Assembly: GCF_041956535.1 (NCBI RefSeq)
Contig: NW_027192201.1
Coordinates: 424,206 to 488,205 of the forward strand
Source: Calcarisporiella thermophila CBS 279.70
Lineage: Eukaryota; Fungi; Calcarisporiellomycota
Direction: 5' to 3'
Length of the DNA: 64,000 nt
Both the position numbers and the translations under genes were made by a program. Every line of letters starts with the position of its first letter. Positions within the stretch are counted from its first letter, which is position 1. The notes under the pieces were generated by a model. The model saw only the letters and a list, made by a program, of their open reading frames with translations, had not been told where the DNA came from and did not search any database. Of the stretch, positions 12,479 to 24,774 are shown piece by piece.

Positions 12479-14092
12479 TCATGGGCGGTGCTGTTTCCGT
12501 GGCGCCGCCCCAACTGACTTTGGCTTCATATATACATGACAGCGGTGTGCGTGTTTGTACCAGAGCACATCGTTGCGCTTTTTTGCGTTATGGATGGGTA
12601 TCCATCTGCGGCACTGGTGGCACAAACCCTCGGCCACATTGCCGTCCAAGGTTCGCATCTCGATCGGCCGGGTGAAGGGGCGTTTGGACACGGATGAGAC
12701 ACCGTGGTAAAACCTAGAAAACAGAGCACGCCAGTGAGCTTACCCTAAGAGGAGCAGCAACCATCTCTTTCCGATAACTACTTACTGCTTATGGTACCAG
12801 TATGCGCTGTTCTTGAGCTGTAGCCATCGCCCGGGCTTGCAGTCATCACAGTATCCCTCCTTCATCGGCCCTGAGAAGCGCACCCAACGCGGGGTGTAGC
12901 GATCGTCGGGATAGAGGATGGATTGGCGGCGCGGCGTGACATCGAATTCCGGGACTCCAAACCGTAAGTCTCGGGGGCTGGGCGGGGGGGTTTCATGCTG
13001 GACAGTGGGAGGCATGAAGGATGGCATATTCCAGTCCAAGGATTTTGTCCGACGAGAGCCTCGAGCCTGCATTGATAGATCGCCACTCTCCCTGTCATCG
13101 TTGAACGTATCACCGAACGACCGCTTGCGAATTGGATCGTAAGCGTAGGGGCGGGGGACGGCGGCGCTGTCCTGGCCTGGTGCTGGGGCCTGCTCTTGAG
13201 CCTGATTGGGGTGATAGGTTGGATAGATACTGTAATCATCCTCGGGCTGATTCTGGGACCACGATAAACGCATCGAGGCGTTCGGATACACACCCTCCTC
13301 GCAGGATGTTTCTATGACGCTCTCGCTTCTTCCGCCCGTATGTTGTACAAAGGAAGAGGGCACCTGGCCGTGGCTCCTCTCCAGCGGGCTGAGGATGGTG
13401 GGGAGAGCAGAGACCTGGTGCGGGGCGTAGGAGGACGGGGCGGGCGCAAGCTGGCTCGGAGGGAACTGCCTCCACGAGGGGTCCCCAAAATTGATTTGCA
13501 TTGGGTTGGAGTGGGAGGGGAGGGGGCGGCGGAAGGGGGGCTCGCTGGTCATCATTGAGGGAAGAGTATTGGCTTCTATCGGAGGTCTGCCTGGGTCGTT
13601 TGAGGCTGTGGAGATGGGCTGAGAGGAGAGCGTGCCGATGTTGTCGCCTAGAAATAAGCAGCACAAGTTAGAGGGGGATGGGGGCGGGCGAGCCATCATT
13701 TATCCGATTTTCCTCCCAAGCCTACCTTTCTGAACGCCGAAGTAGTTTTTCTCCGGCCTAATGTCCACGCGGGGTTCTAATGCGGCAATGAGGATGTCGA
13801 GCGAATTCATCTCTGGTCCCACGGCGTAATCTTGATGCTGCGGGGGGGATGGGTGCATTGGATGCTCGTGAGCCAAGGTGGCGGCTGAGGTTGATGCGTA
13901 AGAGGTCAGCACGGCGGGCGAGCTGTAGCGCTTGTGCAGTTTACTTAGATCGGGATTCTTGGCGGCTGATTCGGCGGCAATGGATTGCGGCAGGAAATAG
14001 TCGGGCATTGCGTCAAGGGCAGCTTCAGAGGGGGAATCAAAGGCCTCGGCCTGCTGGAGTGGAGGAAACAAGAAAGATGGATCTCTCCGCAT
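12479..14092 (-). CDS. Rua1/Meu26-type (PF14616, DUF4451) zinc-binding transcription regulator; 3 coding exons
   Basis: Spliced C-terminus YTPRWVR...KEGYCDDC..GRWLQLKNSAYWYHKQFYHGVSS.S.RPF..P...EGLCHQC..WI...W.KHAHRCH; introns at ~13648-13725 and ~12714-12785. Confidence 0.8.
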
Positions 14093-15779
14093 GGCCCGCT
14101 AAAAAGCACAAAAAGACGCTAGAAACAAGCGTAGCACGAGAATGATCAAGACAAAGAGGTGTTGTGGAGAGTCAGAAGTCGAAGGCCGCCTTAGCAAAAA
14201 TTAATCTGACCTAAATTGATTTGTTGCGTCAGTGCGCTGTGTCAAGTTCAACCACCGTTTCAGCAAATGGGGCGAGGCCTCCTCCCAGCCACGGCCGCCG
14301 GCCCATTTTAGCCGCTTCCAAGACCTCGGCCCTAGCCTCGTGCCGCCCCCCGGCCTGCCCGCTCCTCCCCGTCCCGCGACTGGCTTGGCTTGGGCTCGTC
14401 CTGGCGAAATGGACGCGCCGCACGTGAGCCGTCTGGCCCGCCTCCCTCCTGCCTTGCAGATCGGAGGAGCTGCGGATGAAACCGTGGAGGATCCCCCTGA
14501 TTGCAGCGGACTTTCAACCGCAAGCTCATTGAGACTGGACTGAGTCGAGCGGGGGACTCGACTGCTCTGCGACGCACGCGAGTCAGAGAGAAGCGTCCCT
14601 TGCGACGAAGCTTAGGCACCCTTTCCGATAAGCGCGGCCGGCCGCAGGCTCGAGATTGCCCCCGTTTCATCCCTCCCTCTTTCCCACGCGATTGCCGCCC
14701 GGCTAGTCCCCAGGCCCCTGTGACTGCATGCTGCGGCGCAGCAGGGTATGGGGCTTTATCCTCTGCAGCAGGAGGGCGCGGCCGGCGCTCGTGGCGCCTG
14801 GGTGAAGCCCACGCATGAATATTTGGCCGGTGCGGATTTGCAGTTCATGCACGGGACAGGCGATGCTCCTTTCACTGGAGCGTCTGGGGTTGCAGAGCCA
14901 CATAAGACCTCTTCGTCTCGGTGGGTGGCGCATCCAAATGCTGAGCATATTCAGCTTAGGCTCGTGGACCTAGTAACGAAATCGAGCTCACCTTAGAGCG
15001 GCTCCTGGTGCCTCGAATGCACTCCAGAGGTTGTCCTGTAGGCTTTCCACGGCGGTGGCCGGTTTGCGAGCCCACGGTACAGCCGAGTTCCACGGGGAGC
15101 TGTGGCTGCGACGCGAAGCCTGATTGGAAAGGTCCGAGGTTTCTCTGGCACTTATTCTTTTGCTAGGGGCAAGATGATAAGGTGGGAAAAATCAGGGTTG
15201 GTCCATACAATGGCATTGTCTCTGTTGAAATAAAGCAATTGGTCGTGTACCGAGCCACTAGAGCCGATCTTTTCATGCTCTAGAGAGCCTCTTCGCCCTT
15301 AAACTCTCCACCCTAAATATCTCGCCACCATGATCTCTAGGATGGATGGGGCCATATTAAGACTAGTTCAAGTGTCAGACGGCGGGATATGGGATAGCCA
15401 ATTTATTTTATATAGAATCTTGAAAAAAAAAAATAACCATTAAGCATACTTTTCTCATAGCTTTGTCATTAATGGAAAATAAAAATTGGGCAAGAGCATA
15501 GATACACAGAGCAATAAAATAGAGTTTAAGGCATAAATCTGATAAAATACATAAGCCCTTGTTTCTCTCGGGAGCTTCGAGGAGAAAGAATCTATAATTA
15601 ATGATACAATAGAAAAAAAAAGTGAATCTGTATCTGTGTTAATAGAAAAGATCAGTGAAGCCAAGCGAAGGGGAATGGGGTGGAGATACACAAAAAAATG
15701 CGAAGTATAAAATAAAAAATATTATAAAAAAAGACAAACTGTACAGGGGAGAGCGATGGGGAGAGGCTGTAGATTTCGA

Positions 15780-17593
15780 CTACGCTGCATCCTTCTCCTC
15801 TGAACGTTTATCCGGTTTGGCATCGGTAGAACTCGTTTGAGAGGCCGGCGAGAATGTTTTCCCGCGGTACATAAAGCAGGCATAACCCAGCCCAGCAAAG
15901 AAAAGCAAGAGAATTGCCTATCGGATGATTAGGATGAATTGAGCCAAGATGCATTAGGTCGCAGTAGAAATAGGTAAATATAATAAAAAAAAAGGAAACT
16001 CACGGCAAGCTCAACATAGATGCGCCAGTTCATCCGGAAGTCGATTCGATGATTGCGATCGAGGATATCCCACACGTCAATCCACAAACCACCATTGGCA
16101 AACATGTCAATGCCAAGTACAAAGCAAAAGCTACCGATAAACGCGAAGGAGAATATCAGTACGTACCACTCTATGAACGCCATAAGGAATATCCCCGCAA
16201 AGGCAAATGCGACTATAAAGAAGGCGCGGGCGAGTTCCTATGAAGAAATAGGAGCCGGTCAACATCGGCAAACTCAGTAAGGGAGAAGGGAAGAGTGATG
16301 AGGGGGGAGGGTGAGGGACCAATTAAGAGAGAGCGTGTGTGTGCGTGTATACGTTTGTATGTGTAAAAATAAATGGTAAGGTGACTTACATTGGTAATGA
16401 TGTGGTCCCTGCTCCACGAGAGAATAAAGATCGCTAATGCGAACCCGCCTAATCCTAAGACAAGCGGAAAAAAAAATCAGTGAAGCTCTGGATGGAGGAT
16501 ATCCGGCAGAGCCAATTTAGCAAGCTACCTCCAACGAAGAACACGGCAATTCGGATCAAAAAGAGGAACGCTATCCCTCCAATGAATGCAAAAATGAAGC
16601 ACAGCACCATGTAGAGGACGTTGCGATTCGATCCATAAGACTGTGGTGGCTCCGAATTTGCCAATGCAACGAAGCACAAGACCCCAAAGAGGATGAATCC
16701 AACGCAGAAGAGCGCTCCACGGCTGACACCAAACCCACCAAAGAGGAGGAAGAGACCAATAAGTAATAGGACTGAGCCGATGAAGCAGCGTTCCGGAGTG
16801 AGCCAAGGCCCTGCAGGGATTCCTACAGTCAAATCACTCGTTTAGCTTCCATTAAACCTCCTACTTTGGCTCTAAAATGAAGCCTACCTTGGTTGGGCCT
16901 CTCGGTCATAGGTTCTGAGCTGGAGTTGGATGAATTGGACTCTGAGCTGGAGTTAGATGAACTCGAGGATGAGCTAGAGTTGGATGAATTGGACTCTGAG
17001 CTGGAGTTAGATGAACTCGAGGATGAGCTAGAGTTGGATGAATTGGACTCGGAGCTGGAGCTGGATGAATTGGTCTCGGAGCTGGAGCTGGAGCTGGTGC
17101 TGGTGCTGGTGCTGGACGAACTCGAGGATGAGCTAGAGTTGGATGAACTGGACTCGGAGCTGGAGCTGGATGAATTGGTCTCGGAGCTGGAGCTGGATGA
17201 ATTGGTCTCGGAGCTGGAGCTGGATGAACTCGAGGATGAGCTAGAGTTGGATGAATTCGACGACGAGTCAGGGGAAGTCGGAGAAGGCGGAGAAGGGGTG
17301 GTAAGCTGGGGTGGATTCCGATCATTTTGCGGTTGCTTGCAACACACCTCGTAACAAGGCGCATTGCAATTTTCCGGCTTACAATTACACTTGGAACAAA
17401 TATCCTGCGGGGTACAAGGATTGCAGCGTTTTTCCGCCCATAGCTCCCTCCCTATCTCGTTTTCACTGTTCCAGCGAAAGGATTGTAAATTTCCTGATAG
17501 AGCTTGGGCTAAAGCTGGCCCATGAGAGTTAAGCAAGAGCAGAGCCAAGAAAAAATAGGCAATATAAGATCGAGGGGCCAAATGGTTCGCCAT
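15780..17593 (-). CDS. TM7S3/TMEM198-like (DUF4203) multipass membrane protein with signal peptide, Cys-rich head and Ser-rich stalk; 5 exons
   Basis: Signal-like MANHLAPRSYIAYFFLALLLL..; TM segments GSVLLLIGLFLLFGGF, GGLGGFALAIFILSW, FIGSFCFVLGIDMFANGGL (DUF4203-like); exons join in frame to TAG at 15780-15782. Confidence 0.8.
16917..17258. repeat. Coding minisatellite: ~12 copies of a 27-bp unit with 54-bp higher-order duplications
   Basis: Units gagctggagctggatgaattggtctcg / gagctagagttggatgaattggactct / gagctggagttagatgaactcgaggat; encodes Ser-rich repeats such as SSSSETNSS on the - strand. Confidence 0.95.
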
Positions 17594-19128
17594 GCATAAA
17601 TATACTGGCTGAGTTTGTCTAAGAGCCGAGGGGGGTAGAGCTGAGAAAAGCTTGCGAGGTTTAGAGCGCAATGATGAGACGAATGGAGCAAGCAAAGCCT
17701 GTAATCCTACCTTGATTGCGCGCTATTTTTTCGAGTACAGTAGTTGAAACGCACAGCTGTCAGCAGGGGTGACAGCCGTCGTTGACAGGTATAATAATGG
17801 GAGTTGGGGTAACCGCTTTGCTGAGTGTGTATGGGCTCACCCCCCTAATCCTTTTGACAATTATAGAGAGAAAATGGATTCGTCTAATGGCGAACGCGAA
17901 TTGAAGGAGCAGGGAGCAGCCCAGGTGCAAAAACTAGGAATAAAAATAAACCGTTTCATCGAGCTAGAACAAATATAAGAGCGCAACTCGACCGAAAAGA
18001 AAGCCGTTACGCGTTGTTTTAAAATTTGAATAACTGGATGAAAGCAATCTTCCTAATTTTGCTAATGATCTTGGCGATGGCCCAATGGGATGGCGGGGAG
18101 AGTTTCGTTTTTGCATGCTTGTGACCGTTGTCGTTTAAATTGTTGAAATTCGAACTTGGTGCTAACACGGAGGTTTTCCAACGGTAGAAATGCTGATGGT
18201 TGCAAGGCTCCAGCGTCCATATCACAGATTTCCGACTATCCCTAGTTAAGGGGAGGACGGATTTAATTTCCTCAAGTAGTCCGTATTCCTCATTTTCTGG
18301 AAGTGCTACGCTTGGAGTGATGCCTGCTATCCATTGTGAATGGATTGCCTCGGCTGGCTAATAACTTAGTTACAAAAGAAGCTCGAGAATTGCACTATTT
18401 TTCTTTATATTTAGCCATAACAAGGTTGTTCATCCGTCATCCAATAAAGAGGACGATGTTTTTTTATACGTCAAAGATATTGCGCAATATTGGTGAAAAT
18501 GGAAAGTTATGATTAGCTAAGGAGGGATATGATACCTGTTGTTGAATATTAAAATTTTTATTCCATTAGGGACTCGCCAAAATCGACGATTGCTCTGCCC
18601 AGGCAAATTAAATTTCAATGGCCCTCCTTACCTCATCCTGTCGATACCTATTTGTTGATCAAGGTCAATTCCGGCATTTTGCTAGCGCAGCCTGGGGATA
18701 GAGAATTACGTGACGCAAACATGTGACGAAACGATTTTTATTTCAAAGTGTGGAATATAATCATTGGCCAACTGCTGGGACAAACTCTCCTGTCTTCGAA
18801 AGAGAGAACACAAAAAAGCTCTGCTGTTCTTTTTCCCCTTGTTTTTTTTTTCTTTGCTCTATTCTTTAAATTCGCCACGCGAAACCAACCCTACAAAACG
18901 GTAGAGTAGACCGTCTCCTATTACCTCTCGTTTCTAAGTGGACGCTTACGGGTGCCCTACTCATCATCTCATACTAATCTTTTGCCCTTGCCTCTCCACC
19001 GGGGAAAATATTTACAGGCGAACTGGACCCACTCCTTTTGATTCCCCACTCAAAACACCATCTCCCTTGTCCCCGTTCCTCACTCTAGCTTTTAAACAAG
19101 TCCTTTCTACTTGGTTCGACAAACTGCC

Positions 19129-22100
19129 ATGGAGACAGATCTGGCCCCTCAGCAGAACCTTCACGAAGACTCTAAAGTCTCCGACCTCCCGCCCTCCGTG
19201 CAGTTGCAGCGGATTCATGCCCAGGCTGAAGATGAACCCGTAGACACGATTGCCGAGTCATCCAACCCATCCAGCAAATCGTCTCCACGGAATGGAGCCA
19301 AGGGTGTGCCTGTCGATCTCTCCAGCGAGTCCATGTTTCCATCTCTTTCTGCCTCGCCCGCCGCTAATGTTTCGGCCCCTGTCTGGGGTGCTTCGCGTCC
19401 GGGCGCTCGCAAACCGGCCGCATCACCCTCAGCCCCCTCTGCGGCCGCGACGAAGCAGGCTAGTCAGCCATCATCCACCGCTGGACTGGTTACACAAGTG
19501 TTGGATTTACCGCAACATCTGCGTCAAACAGAGCTGGGATCTAAATCAATGGGCGAGACGGTAAAGCAGGTGATGCAGCGCACACAGACACAGATTGAGG
19601 TGTCGACCGCGCGCCGCACCGGGACAGTCACATTTTTGATTCGCGGGAAGAGCGAGGCAGTACAACGGGCGAAGCGGGAGCTGCTCGCCAACCTTGCCAT
19701 CCGCGTGACGCTTACTGTCCCTGCTCCACTCTCGACACGTCGGTTTATTATTGGTGCGCGGGGCAAGACCTTGCAAGGGATCATCAATAAAACTGGGGCT
19801 CGAATTCAGCTGCCACCGCGTGAGGAAGTCGACCAGTCATCTCCGCTGGAGAATGAGGAGGCGAGCGAAGACGAGGAGACCGTCGACATCACCATCACGG
19901 GCGATATCGATGGGGCCAATATGGCCAAGGAGGAGATCGAGAAGATCATTAATGAGAGGGTAAGGGACCGCCTATTTACTGGTGGGCACCGGGAGTGGGC
20001 CCCCCGTCATTCATCCTTTCAAATTCATTTGCCTTGCCCTGTAGACCTCCAAGAAATCGGTCCGCCTGTCGCACATTGAGCCCGAGTATTTCCCCCTTAT
20101 TGCTGGCGCGCACAATTCCCGTGTAGAAGAGATTATGAAGGAGACTGGAACGCGTATTCGAGTGCCACTTTACGCCGCCATCGCCGATCATGACGAAGAG
20201 TCAGATAAGAAACGTGACACTACCATAGTTGTGTCGGGTGACAAGGACGCGGTAAAGAAGGCCTCGGATATGATCGAGGAAATTTACGACCAAATGGTAT
20301 ATTCCCCCGTGTAATATTCAATGTGAAATACGAGTTTTTTTTTTCTAACGAAGCGCCGCTTGGTTGATTTACAGAAACGGACTTCGCGGACGTTGATGGT
20401 GACGATCCCAAAGCGCCAGCACAAATATTTGATTGGGAAGGCTGGCGCCAACCTTCAGGAGGTGTTGGAGAAGACTAGCTGTGTGGTGGAGCTCGCACCT
20501 CCTTCAGACCCCTCTGAATCGGTGACGATCCGCGGGCCTGAGTCGCAGCTTGTGCCTGCGCTCACCCTTGTGATGGAAAAAGCCAACTCAACACGAGTGG
20601 AGTCGCTCGATTTCACGACTGTGCATCGTGCTGCGGACCCGCTCGCTCACGCTCGTCATGTTGCCGTCTACTTGACGCGAGTTGGCCGCTTTAAAAAGAT
20701 AGAGCAGGAGCACAACGTGCAAGTGTTTATGCCGCGCGCTAGTGCCATGCAGCAAGGAAAGGTCGCTGCCGATGTGGTTGGCAAGGTGCTTAAGGACGTG
20801 GAGCAGGGTCGCCTGGCGTTGTTGGAGCTGGTGAAGACAATGACCCCTGAGATGTTTGCCACCCTTAAGGTCGACCCCATGTATCATGGACACATAATTG
20901 GGCGCAAAGGCCAGGTGCTCCAACGGATCAAGGAGACTTATGGCGTCGAGGTGGTGGTCCCGGAGGAGCGCGACGATAGCTCGGATATTGTTCTTGTTCA
21001 TGTGGGCAAGGAGAGCGAGGGACCGCTGGATGCGAAGCAGAAGCAGGTTGTGCGGGACATGCTGAAAAAAGCAGAGGAGGAATTGCTTCGCATCACCAAT
21101 GAAGCGGTCAGTACTATCGTATAGAGTTGATTTCGGAGCCTTTCCTAAACCAATCCGCTATTTTCGTTTCAATATAGGCGGACTTCACCTCTCAAACGCT
21201 CAACATTCCCTCCCGGTTCCACCGCACGATCATTGGTCCTAAGGGCGCAACTCTTAATGAAATTTTGGGTGGATCGAGCTCTCCAGTTATCGTCAGGTTT
21301 GGGTCTAGCTCTCGTGCTGAGGCTTCTGGAGGAGAGGTGGCGACTACTAAGAAAGAGACGACCCTTGGCGAGGATTCGGTGCTTGTTAAAGGCCCTCAGG
21401 AGGAGGTAACTCGCGTGGCGCAAGAAATCAACAAGTTGTATGAGGAAGCTAAACACCATGAGGTAAGAACCCCCCCCCCCATTCACTTTATTCGTTGCCA
21501 CTAAATTGGAGATAACGCATAACCTCTCCTCTACAGGTCATGAATTCCTATTCAATTGATTTCAATATCCCGGCGCGGTACTCTCCCCACATCATCGGTA
21601 AGGGAGGAGTGAATATCACTCGCTTAAAGGACGATCTCAGGGTGCGAGTTGATATTGAGGGCGAAAAATCCGACCCCAAGTCCAATGATACGGTCAAGGT
21701 GACCATCCAGGGTGAAAAGAAGAACGCTGAGGCTGCTAAAGCTCGTATTCTCGATCTCGTGGACAAACTGGTGGGTGCTTATAATGCATACCAGGCGGAA
21801 TGGTTCGCTCATTCACTCCCTCCTCCTTCCCCTTCCCCTTCCCCTTCCCCTTCCCCTTCCCCTCATTGTAGGCCGACGAGACAACTGAGATGCTCAACAT
21901 TCCCGCTTCATTCCACAAGGCCCTTATTGGTGCTGGTGGTGCGAACGTGAAGAAGTTGGAGGAGCGGTATGGTGTGGCCATCCGGTTTCCTCGTGAGCGC
22001 GACTCTCCGGCTGCCGATGGAGACGAGGTCTCTGGCGAGAACCAGCAGAAGCCTAAACAACAAGGGCCCGACGAGATCTTGCTCCGTGGTGGACGGAAGG

Positions 22101-23452
22101 GGGTTGCTGGCGTGAAGGAGGAGCTCCTTCTGCTCATGGAATACGAGAAGGAGCACGGGTCAACAACAACCTTGACCGTGCCTGCTCGCATCCTCCCCCA
22201 TGTAGTGGGTCGATCAGGCTCACGCATCAACGAAATCAAAGATGCCACCAACACCCGTATCGACATCGTACGCAAATCCGAGGATGAAGATGCTTCCGAA
22301 ACTGTGCAGATCTTCGTGCAAGGATCGGAGAAGAACCTCGAGGAGGTCCGTCGCCAGATTATGGCCATTGTTGAGGAGCAAGAGAGCCTTGTCACTGAGT
22401 CGCTCCACATCGACCCCATTTTCCACAAGCACCTCATTGGGCCCGGCGGTAACCGTATCCGAGACATCGTTGCAAAATGCGGGGGCGATGCGGATCGATC
22501 CGCCAACACGGTGAAGTTCCCAAGGGCGGGCAGTCAGTCGGACGAGGTGGTGCTCAAGGGACCGCGCGAAGTAGTGAATCGGGTGCGGGAGGAGATCGAG
22601 CGGATTGTCGAGGAGCAGCGCCGCAAGGTCACCATTCCGGTGTACATCGTCCCCTCGGAGCACGCGGGGATCATTGGCCGCAATGGACAAAACTTGCGCG
22701 AGCTTCAAGCGCGCCACAATGTTGATGTGGCGTTCCCCGGGTCTCGCTCCCTACAACAACAGCTTATTGACCAGCTGGACGAGGACACCGAGAACAAGGA
22801 CCCGGCTGGGATCATTCGCATTACCGGCACGCCTGAGAACTGCGAGGCTGCCAAGAAGGAGATGCTCTCCCGCGTACGGAATACACTGGCTGTGCCTGTT
22901 CCCAACCGGTGCCACAAGCACGTAGAGGGTGTCAACGGGGCCACCTATCGTAAACTGCGGAACGACTACAACGTGATTGTGGATGTCGCTGAGCCGGCTA
23001 AGACCCCCGCCACCTCTTCGAAACCTGTGGCCAAGAACCACGGGAAGGCCAATGGAGGAAATGCGCGCATTGATGACGATGCGGCCGAAAACTCCTTTGG
23101 CTTCGAGATTGTCGGGGGCGAAGAGGGGGACGAGGGCGGCGATTTCGTTTGGAATCTGCGCGGACAGGAGAATCAACTTGAGCGGGCTGAGAAGTATCTG
23201 CGCAAGCTGATCCAGGAGGCCCAATCGTTTACACACACAGGCTACTTGACCGTTCCCTCGCACCTGCATCGTTTCGTGATCGGTCGTGGTGGGCAGACCG
23301 TGTCGAAAGTAAGGGGCGAGACCGGCTGCAAAATCGACGTGCCCCGTGAGAAGGGTGATGATATAATAGTGATTTCGGGAACTCGCGGAGGAATTGAGAG
23401 GGCACGGGACATGATTGTGGAAATCATCGAGGGCGCTCAAGACCGGAGGTGA
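19129..23452 (+). CDS. SCP160: Vigilin / Scp160 multi-KH RNA-binding protein; ~6 coding exons plus a probable 5'UTR intron at 18901-19017
   Basis: More than 10 KH GxxG loops (IIGARG, LIGKAG, IIGRKG, IIGPKG, IIGKGG, LIGAGG, VVGRSG, LIGPGG, IIGRNG, VIGRGG); N-terminal D.SSESMFPSL motif. Confidence 0.95.
21824..21862 (+). repeat. (CCCCTT)n hexanucleotide microsatellite in the polypyrimidine tract of a vigilin intron
   Basis: ccttccccttccccttccccttccccttccccttcccc just upstream of the ...cattgtag acceptor. Confidence 0.9.
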
Positions 23453-23850
23453 ACACATATATATACATATAAATTTTATATATTTAGATGAGGAAGCTCC
23501 TCAACCATATTTACAGCCTTGTTACTCTTCGGAAAAAAAACTTTCCCCCCATTCTTTGTATTTTCCTTTTCTTATTATTTAGAATTTTATGGTAATATCG
23601 TTTTTGCTTTCTTGTGTGGGATGTATTACAACTTTGGGGAGATATAAAAAAAAGTCGAGACTATCTTTTTATATTGTTTTTTTTTTTTATAAAAACAGTC
23701 AACTACTTTTTTTGCCTGAAAATGTTGTATGGGGTTCTTTTTGGACGGATATATTTTTTTTCTCATAAACAATATAACTTGCTTATTTAAAATGTTTATC
23801 CCATTGATTATTTTATAGTCCAGCTCACTAGAAATACACAAGACAACAGC

Positions 23851-24606
23851 TCACGTTTCAGCGCGGGGCTGTAGACATATTGCGTCTATCGACTGATCGA
23901 ATTTAGCGCTCCGTATGGGTTTGCTATCATTCAACTCGTACATATAGAATGGATTGCATACGTAGTTGATATACACGGAGTGAAGCTTGCGAAAGATCTG
24001 AGAATGGGAAGAAGAGTTAATCGAGGGGAAGGAAGGCAGCATAGGTAGAGATGTTCCTTTTACCGCTTTCATCTCCGAATCCCTTATGACCTCGTCAGAA
24101 ACTGTGCACACAACAACGAATTTGATTCTTGTGTTTGACATATATCCGTAGCTTCAGCAATAGATAAAATGAGTGGCATACGAATAATAGCCATAAAGAA
24201 GCTAGTACTCACGCCGCCAGATCTTCCATTGTATACAGCAATCCAAGATAGGTGTCAGCTAGCTTGGTGCCTCCAGATGCTAACAAAATATGGATAGTTA
24301 AAATGTTGGTGGAGTCACGGAATGGGCAACAAATCTGAGTATACCTCTTTCATCTATTACATCGCAGGATGTGTGTGCCATATAATGATATTTGAGTTCT
24401 GGGTGGGTTGGTGTAAAGCATCTTATGTATAACGGGCCATTCTATTTTAATACACGAGGTTAATCCTGGTTTTCAAGTCGTCATGGCATGAGCAGAGCAG
24501 TGCCTATTGGTATAGCGCAAAAGAATTCAACGAATCCCATCAGAAGGATTCCATATTTACTCACACTTTTGCCGATGATAGCTACAGCTTGGATTTCTAT
24601 ATTCAT
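23851..24606 (-). CDS. TRAPPC2L: TRAPP complex subunit 2-like (sedlin family, TRAPPC2L/Tca17); 5 exons
   Basis: Spliced [23 protein letters not shown]...[17 protein letters not shown]...[27 protein letters not shown]...[17 protein letters not shown]. Confidence 0.9.
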
Positions 24607-24698
24607 GACAGTTTATTTCCAATTGAAATGAACTACAGAAAAGGTATATGCTAAAGGGGGAGCGGATGGAAAAAGTGACTGCTCGGACCATGTTCCTA

Positions 24699-24723
24699 AC
24701 GCGTTTTTTTATAATTTGTGACT
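24699..24723. promoter_or_regulatory. MCB-like ACGCGT plus TGTGACT in the 168-bp TRAPPC2L/FBH1 divergent promoter
   Basis: ACGCGT at 24699-24704 upstream of a DNA-repair helicase; TGTGACT at 24717-24723. Confidence 0.4.
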
Positions 24724-24774
24724 ACCTGTCTATTCACCCTATTTCACACCGACTTCATTTCACAGTTATGAATA

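Noticed and set aside
16893-17354. 153-aa (ELELDELDS)n ORF on the + strand
   Set aside because: Antisense shadow of the Ser-rich minisatellite in the DUF4203 gene
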